DNA of 64,000 nucleotides from an uncultured Alphaproteobacteria bacterium (GTDB lineage Bacteria; Pseudomonadota; Alphaproteobacteria; RF32; CAG-239): NCBI GenBank assembly GCA_944391465.1, contig CALXTS010000004.1, positions 7,942 to 71,941 of the forward strand, read 5' to 3'. Shown piece by piece: positions 59,340 to 64,000 of this stretch (position 1 is its first letter; each line of letters starts with the position of its first letter). The notes under the pieces were generated by a model. It saw only the letters and a program-made list of their open reading frames with translations, ran no database searches and was not told where the DNA came from. The position numbers and the translations under genes were made by a program.

Positions 59340-59861
59340 ATGCGACTTTACCATTATGTTGAAAAAGGAAATACCGTTATGCAAGACGGTTTATTATCTT
59401 TTGCTAAGAATCCGTCTGCAAATATTAACTATTACATCCAGCGCTCCGGACAAAATACTTTTGAAGGTATTGTTAATTGGATGGAAAAATGTTTTATCGG
59501 CAGAAGTCGAGGAATAAGGTGTTTTACAGAGCCGATACAATGGCATGAACAAAGTCTTTCTTTGAAAAAATTTATTGAAAATGCCGATTTATTCTCTTTT
59601 GACCCTCTTGAACTTGCTCAAGATAATTTACTTGAGAGCGTATATTGCAGTCCTTCCGTTATGGGAAATGAAACATTACAAAAGAACGGCTGTGATGAGA
59701 TTCTTGAACCTATACAACTTTCTCAGATTGATTTTTCTCCGATAGACTGGAGTATTTGTAATGATGCAAAAGGTTGGAGATTTGCGTTTATTCGCTACTA
59801 TCTTCTTATCTTGAAGGACGGAATTATTCCTCCTCAATATTTAAGGCTTGAAAATATATAA
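59340..59861 (+). CDS. Hypothetical protein (173 aa)
   Basis: ORF followed by a clean terminator. No family recognised. Confidence 0.5.
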   Translation: MRLYHYVEKGNTVMQDGLLSFAKNPSANINYYIQRSGQNTFEGIVNWMEKCFIGRSRGIRCFTEPIQWHEQSLSLKKFIENADLFSFDPLELAQDNLLESVYCSPSVMGNETLQKNGCDEILEPIQLSQIDFSPIDWSICNDAKGWRFAFIRYYLLILKDGIIPPQYLRLENI

Positions 59862-59864
59862 AAA

Positions 59865-59890
59865 ACTCCGGAAATATTCCGGAGTTTTTT
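59865..59890. terminator. Bidirectional terminator between convergent genes
   Basis: ACTCCGG (59865-59871) pairs with CCGGAGT (59879-59885), with an A run before and a T run after. Confidence 0.75.
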
Positions 59891-59898
59891 ATATTATC

Positions 59899-60495
59899 TT
59901 ATTCTCCCCAGCCGATAGCTTGTGTAATAAGGACTTCTTCCGGTTTAACATTTAAAGCCTTTGCTACGGCTTCTTTATCAAACATTCCTCTCACAACATT
60001 ATGTAAATTGCGGTATGCAGCATATAGTCCGACATTTTGATATGCCGATCCAGCATGCATTGCTCCGTATTTTTCATCCGTATCGGTATAAATCAACACC
60101 AATGGAACATTTTTCATAAAATCTTGTTGGGCAAAAAACGGGAGTATATTATCTGCGCTGACTTGTTTTAAACTGTTGTTAGCTGCATCATACAACCATA
60201 CACCGTCGGCTCTGGCAACATAGACATTCATTCCTTGTTTGTTTCTGGCTGTCGGAATCGTCCTTTTTCCATCATGAGATATCCCCCATGCGCTATACAG
60301 CATTTCACTCAGCAATTGCTCATCTACTTCTTTATTTATGAAAGTTCTATCTGTTTTTCTTTCGCGGATAACATCCATAATCGGCTTACCGCCGCTGACT
60401 ATCGGTTCGGGAAGTTTTTTGATGACATCTTCCGCTTTTACCGATGATATTATACAAAATGCTCCTAGAATTATTAAACACCCTTTTTTTATCAT
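59899..60495 (-). CDS. Nitroreductase-family protein with N-terminal signal peptide
   Basis: ATG 60495 (MIKKGCLIILGAFCIISSVKA) follows AAGGAAG; the ORF track extends to 60564. RKTDRTF motif and a nitroreductase-like C-terminal half (AGSAYQNVGLYAA). Confidence 0.7.
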   Translation of the reverse strand: MIKKGCLIILGAFCIISSVKAEDVIKKLPEPIVSGGKPIMDVIRERKTDRTFINKEVDEQLLSEMLYSAWGISHDGKRTIPTARNKQGMNVYVARADGVWLYDAANNSLKQVSADNILPFFAQQDFMKNVPLVLIYTDTDEKYGAMHAGSAYQNVGLYAAYRNLHNVVRGMFDKEAVAKALNVKPEEVLITQAIGWGE

Positions 60496-60701
60496 GAATC
60501 TTCCTTTCAAAAACATCATTATTTGCTGCATTGTTTTTATAAAACTTTGATAATAAATTAACAATGCTTGATTAAGATACTGTTAATCTAATTTTGTTAT
60601 CATATATAGTATTATGTGGGGTTTAAGATGTGTAAAACTCTTGCAAATCAGATTATTTTGTGCTAGATAACTTGTTAATTTAGAGCTATGGATGTCTGAA
60701 A

Positions 60702-61061
60702 ATGATTATTGATAGTAATAACAAAAAACAAAGAACGATATTAACTAATAAGTGTTTTTATCAAACAACGGCGCAAATTATGCGAGATTTCGAGGAGAAA
60801 GGTTATGCTAACTCCGCTGATGAAACCGCAAAGGTTATCGCCGCCTATCATAATATTGTCAAAAAGAAATCCAAAAATAATTACAATTCCGACTATAATG
60901 CGGCATTTCAAAAGATTGATCAGGCTATTCAGAGTTTGGCTAACAAAGTCTTTTATGATTGCGATAAAAAAAGTCTGGATTATGCTTATCATTCCTTTGA
61001 AGAGTTTGATCATATCGGAGCTATTGTTACCCGCCAAAGAAGCAAAAAAGGTTCTCTTTAA
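60702..61061 (+). CDS. Hypothetical protein (119 aa)
   Basis: ORF only. No family recognised. Confidence 0.4.
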   Translation: MIIDSNNKKQRTILTNKCFYQTTAQIMRDFEEKGYANSADETAKVIAAYHNIVKKKSKNNYNSDYNAAFQKIDQAIQSLANKVFYDCDKKSLDYAYHSFEEFDHIGAIVTRQRSKKGSL

Positions 61062-61165
61062 AATTTAAGACGTATTCTCCCCTACTTGTGTGTTATTGTA
61101 ATATCAGTTGCAAGGTTGCCTTTTTTATTCTACAAATAAGCTATTCTTTTGTAACTTTTTGACAG

Positions 61166-62137
61166 GTGTTTGCTATGAAAAAAATGTCATTAATCGGCTG
61201 TGGTCGTTGGGGTACATTCTTAGGTTGGTATTCTGCCAACTATTGTGGTTTTGATGTCGATATGTATGATATTCCAACCTCGCCTAATTTTATTGAACTG
61301 AGAGATACCAGAAAAAATGCGTATCTTACTCTTTCAGATAATATGACTTTGTATGATAATCTTTCAGATGTTCTTAAAAATGATATAATAATTATATCTA
61401 TCGGTTGTCAGTATTTTCGTGGCTTATGCAAGGAATTAAACGCTTATGATTTAAGTGGCAAAACCTTTTTATTGGCAATGAAAGGTTTAGAGGAACCTAG
61501 CGCTAAAATTATGTTTGATGTTATGCGGGAAGAAATCAAGCAGAATATCCACATTGCCGTTCTGGCCGGCCCCGGACATGTTCAAGATTATATGAAAGGG
61601 GTTCCCTCCTGTGCCGTTATTGACTCTGATGAGCCTGAAGTCAAAGAACGTTTGATTAAATTACTACAAAGCGAACTTATTCGTTTTTATTACGGAGCTG
61701 ATCTTATCGGAAACCAAATCGGTGCCGCACTTAAAAATGTTATCGGTATCGCTGCCGGTATTCTAGATGGCTTGGAATGGTACGGATTAAAAGGTGCTTT
61801 GATGGCTCGCGCTCCGGTTGAAGTCGGACGCTTTATTAAGCATTTTGGCGGCAATCCGCAAACTGCCTACGGCTTGGCTCATTTAGGCGATTATGAAGCA
61901 ACGTTGTTTTCTAAACACAGCCACAACCGCATGTTCGGAGAGAAATTTGCTCGTGGAGAAGATTTTGGAAAATTGGCTGAGGGTGTTCCGACATTAAAAG
62001 CCGTTAAAATCATCGCAGACCGTGAAGGTATTGATATGCCGATTTGTCAGGCTTTGTATAAAGGTGTTTATGAAAATGCCGATATCAAACAGACAATTCG
62101 AGGGATGTTTGAACGCAATCTAAAACAAGAATTTTAA
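61166..62137 (+). CDS. gpsA: NAD(P)-dependent glycerol-3-phosphate dehydrogenase-like protein
   Basis: N-terminal dinucleotide fold LIGCGRWGT and the signature GAALKNVIGIAAGILDGL. The start may be ATG 61175 rather than GTG 61166. Confidence 0.8.
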   Translation: MFAMKKMSLIGCGRWGTFLGWYSANYCGFDVDMYDIPTSPNFIELRDTRKNAYLTLSDNMTLYDNLSDVLKNDIIIISIGCQYFRGLCKELNAYDLSGKTFLLAMKGLEEPSAKIMFDVMREEIKQNIHIAVLAGPGHVQDYMKGVPSCAVIDSDEPEVKERLIKLLQSELIRFYYGADLIGNQIGAALKNVIGIAAGILDGLEWYGLKGALMARAPVEVGRFIKHFGGNPQTAYGLAHLGDYEATLFSKHSHNRMFGEKFARGEDFGKLAEGVPTLKAVKIIADREGIDMPICQALYKGVYENADIKQTIRGMFERNLKQEF

Positions 62138-62140
62138 GTA

Positions 62141-62172
62141 AAAAAGCTCCTTATTTCAAAGGAGCTTTTTTT
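62141..62172. terminator. Bidirectional terminator between gpsA and the convergent phosphatase gene
   Basis: AGCTCC (62145-62150) pairs with GGAGCT (62161-62166), flanked by an A run and a T run. Confidence 0.7.
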
Positions 62173-62174
62173 AT

Positions 62175-62744
62175 TTATTCCAAAGTCCATTCTTCATTTT
62201 CATAAATCAAATGAAAGAGTGCCGTATTTGGCATTTGGTGCGGTGGCAACCCAAACTTATAGAGTAAATATCGAATCGAACTTCCGTGTGAAGCTATTCC
62301 TATTCTTTGGTAGGGGACTTTTAATAAACCTTCTAAAACAGAAAACATGCGTTGTTGCATTTCTTGTTTGCTTTCTCCTCCGGGAAAACGAATCGTCATA
62401 TCATCAACGGGGCTATACCACTCTTTAAATATGTCTGCATACCGGAGGGCTATCTCACTTTTGAGCATGCCTTCTACTTCTCCAAAACATCCTTCTCGAA
62501 GATTTGGAATAACTTCCATACCAACATTCAATTTTTCTGCGCAAATTTCTGCTGTTTGCCGAGCTCGTTTTAGATTGCTAGAATAAATATGTTCTATTTT
62601 AAAAGGAATTAGTTTCTCAGCAAGCTCCCGAGCTTGTTTAATCCCGTTTGTATTAAGCGGCGCATCTATTCCGCAACCTTGCCAGCGACGCTCTTTATTA
62701 TAATCCGTTTCTCCGTGGCGGAATATGTAAAAGTCTTTACGCAT
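62175..62744 (-). CDS. Histidine phosphatase (phosphoglycerate mutase-like) family protein
   Basis: RHGETDYN catalytic motif at the N-terminus and a downstream SHG motif. 189 aa. Confidence 0.85.
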   Translation of the reverse strand: MRKDFYIFRHGETDYNKERRWQGCGIDAPLNTNGIKQARELAEKLIPFKIEHIYSSNLKRARQTAEICAEKLNVGMEVIPNLREGCFGEVEGMLKSEIALRYADIFKEWYSPVDDMTIRFPGGESKQEMQQRMFSVLEGLLKVPYQRIGIASHGSSIRYLLYKFGLPPHQMPNTALFHLIYENEEWTLE

Positions 62745-63259
62745 TATTTAATTTCAATCCAGTAAAAACACTCCGAAAATTCTTTTCCGGGGACTATTTT
62801 TTCCAATTTTCCGCCATTAAATTCACACACTTTACGTGAACGAATATTGTAATCGCGAATTGTCAATAATGCTTTATCTATCCCCTTTTCTTTCACAAAT
62901 TTCAACAATTCAGACAGAATCTGGTTTCCCCATCCGTTTCCCCTTGCCGACGGACGAATTCCATAACCGATATGTCCGCCATGATTTAATAAAAAGTCAT
63001 TCAAATAATGGCGCAATTTGCAAAAGCCTACGGGCTTCTCATCAACAAACAATAAATAATAGGTATCAGGCACATATCCAGGTTTCAAATTAAGTCCTTG
63101 GCTATATTCAACATGTCGGCGGCAAAAATCCGTAAATTCTGGCTGATTTAATCCATGGGCGGGATTTTCAAAACCATCTTCTTCTGCCGGAATTTCTTGA
63201 AACATATTATAAATGTCTTCGTTTTCCTGCTCTTTCAACGGACGTAATTTAACCTGCAT
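62744..63259 (-). CDS. GNAT-family N-acetyltransferase
   Basis: The acetyl-CoA binding pattern IGYGIRPSARGNGWGNQIL is present. 171 aa. Confidence 0.8.
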   Translation of the reverse strand: MQVKLRPLKEQENEDIYNMFQEIPAEEDGFENPAHGLNQPEFTDFCRRHVEYSQGLNLKPGYVPDTYYLLFVDEKPVGFCKLRHYLNDFLLNHGGHIGYGIRPSARGNGWGNQILSELLKFVKEKGIDKALLTIRDYNIRSRKVCEFNGGKLEKIVPGKEFSECFYWIEIK

Positions 63260-64000
63260 TATTTGCTCCCCCTTGTTTAATCGGAATATCAGGAAACAGT
63301 GAATACGCTACTTTTTGATAATGTTCATTCAACTCACTGACTAAAAATTTGTATTCGGCATTACGACTTAAAGTTATATCTATTTCAATATGTCTATTCA
63401 GATAATCTTGTAATTTTTTTCCCATAAATTCATCTTGAGAAATGACTCGAACCGAGTTAGGTAATACGGAACGAAAAGCCTCTTTCAGTAACGGATAGTG
63501 TGTACAGCCTAATATCAAACTGTTTATTTTGCTAAATTTAGCGGCATATTCTTTGGCCAAACGTTCAGCTTTCTCCAAATTGTTATTTTCTATTGCAGGA
63601 ACCAGCTCCGGTGTTGCAATTTCTTCTACTTCAAGATTAGGATTAATTTTATGTAATTCTGTGGTATAAATTTGAGAACGAACCGTTGCTGAGGTTGCAA
63701 CAACACCGATTTTTTGTGCATTAAACAACGAAGCCTCTTCTACTGTTGGAATAACGACACCCAAAACTTTAACGTCCGGAGCATATGACGGAATAAAACG
63801 TTGCTGTAAATAGCGCAAAGCTATTGATGTGGCTGTATTGCACGCGATAATGATAATTCCGCAATTTTGAGAAATCAGAAATTTTATGGCATCTAGCGTA
63901 TAGGCTAAAATTTGCCCCGAGGTTTTATCTCCGTATGGCAAATTATGCGTATCTCCGTAGTAAACATAATCATATTCCGGCATTTGGCTGATAAAGGCTT
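63249..64000 (-). CDS. murI: Glutamate racemase (N-terminus outside window)
   Basis: YYGDTHNLPYGDKT, IIACNTAT and LGCTHYPLL motifs. The frame stays open upstream of the listed Met to the window edge. Confidence 0.9.
   Translation of the reverse strand, partial: AFISQMPEYDYVYYGDTHNLPYGDKTSGQILAYTLDAIKFLISQNCGIIIIACNTATSIALRYLQQRFIPSYAPDVKVLGVVIPTVEEASLFNAQKIGVVATSATVRSQIYTTELHKINPNLEVEEIATPELVPAIENNNLEKAERLAKEYAAKFSKINSLILGCTHYPLLKEAFRSVLPNSVRVISQDEFMGKKLQDYLNRHIEIDITLSRNAEYKFLVSELNEHYQKVAYSLFPDIPIKQGGANNAG

Overview
All calls were made by eye from the ORF translations and the DNA; no homology search was run.

The window is an AT-rich bacterial chromosome segment. It looks alphaproteobacterium-like; this is an inference from a Rickettsiales-vir-homolog style gene order and a DUF1058-type SH3 protein.

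Layout:
1. 1-4081 (+): two VirB6/TrbL-like polytopic membrane proteins, the second enlarged.
2. 4225-10706 (+): a compact operon of a double-HTH XRE regulator, an acidic repeat protein, a Gln/Pro-rich protein, a small secretin-like lipoprotein and a bitopic protein.
3. 42457 down to 10921 (-): one ~31.5 kb type IV secretion (T4SS) gene array. Order: virB2 x3, virB3, virB4, six Sec-signal (mostly coiled-coil) genes, virB8, virB7-like lipoprotein, virB8, virB9, a 1113-aa repeat protein, giant virB10, virB11.
4. 42900-56311 (+), head-to-head with the T4SS: an R64/ICE-type type IVb pilus cluster (pilL, secretin pilN, pilO-like, pilP-like, GspE-type ATPase, GspF-type platform). It is followed by a leaderless pilin-like gene and four tandem prepilin genes.
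5. 56379-64000: housekeeping genes (SH3/DUF1058, M20 peptidase, tRNA-Arg CCT, a 47-aa metallothionein-like ORF, tRNA-Ser GGA with a duplicated 3' end, DUF486, nitroreductase, gpsA-like, histidine phosphatase, GNAT, murI).

Most unusual points:
- A 1877-aa protein has a VirB2 pilin hairpin embedded in its middle.
- VirB10 (1515 aa) and the extra gene between virB9 and virB10 both carry dozens of 17-18 residue DG/NG repeats.
- VirB9 carries a C-terminal SPOR-like domain.
- The four pilin genes follow an A-B-A'-B pattern, and the two B copies are identical precisely over the coding sequence.

No CRISPR array, transposase, integrase, relaxase, VirD4, VirB1 or prepilin peptidase was recognised in the window.
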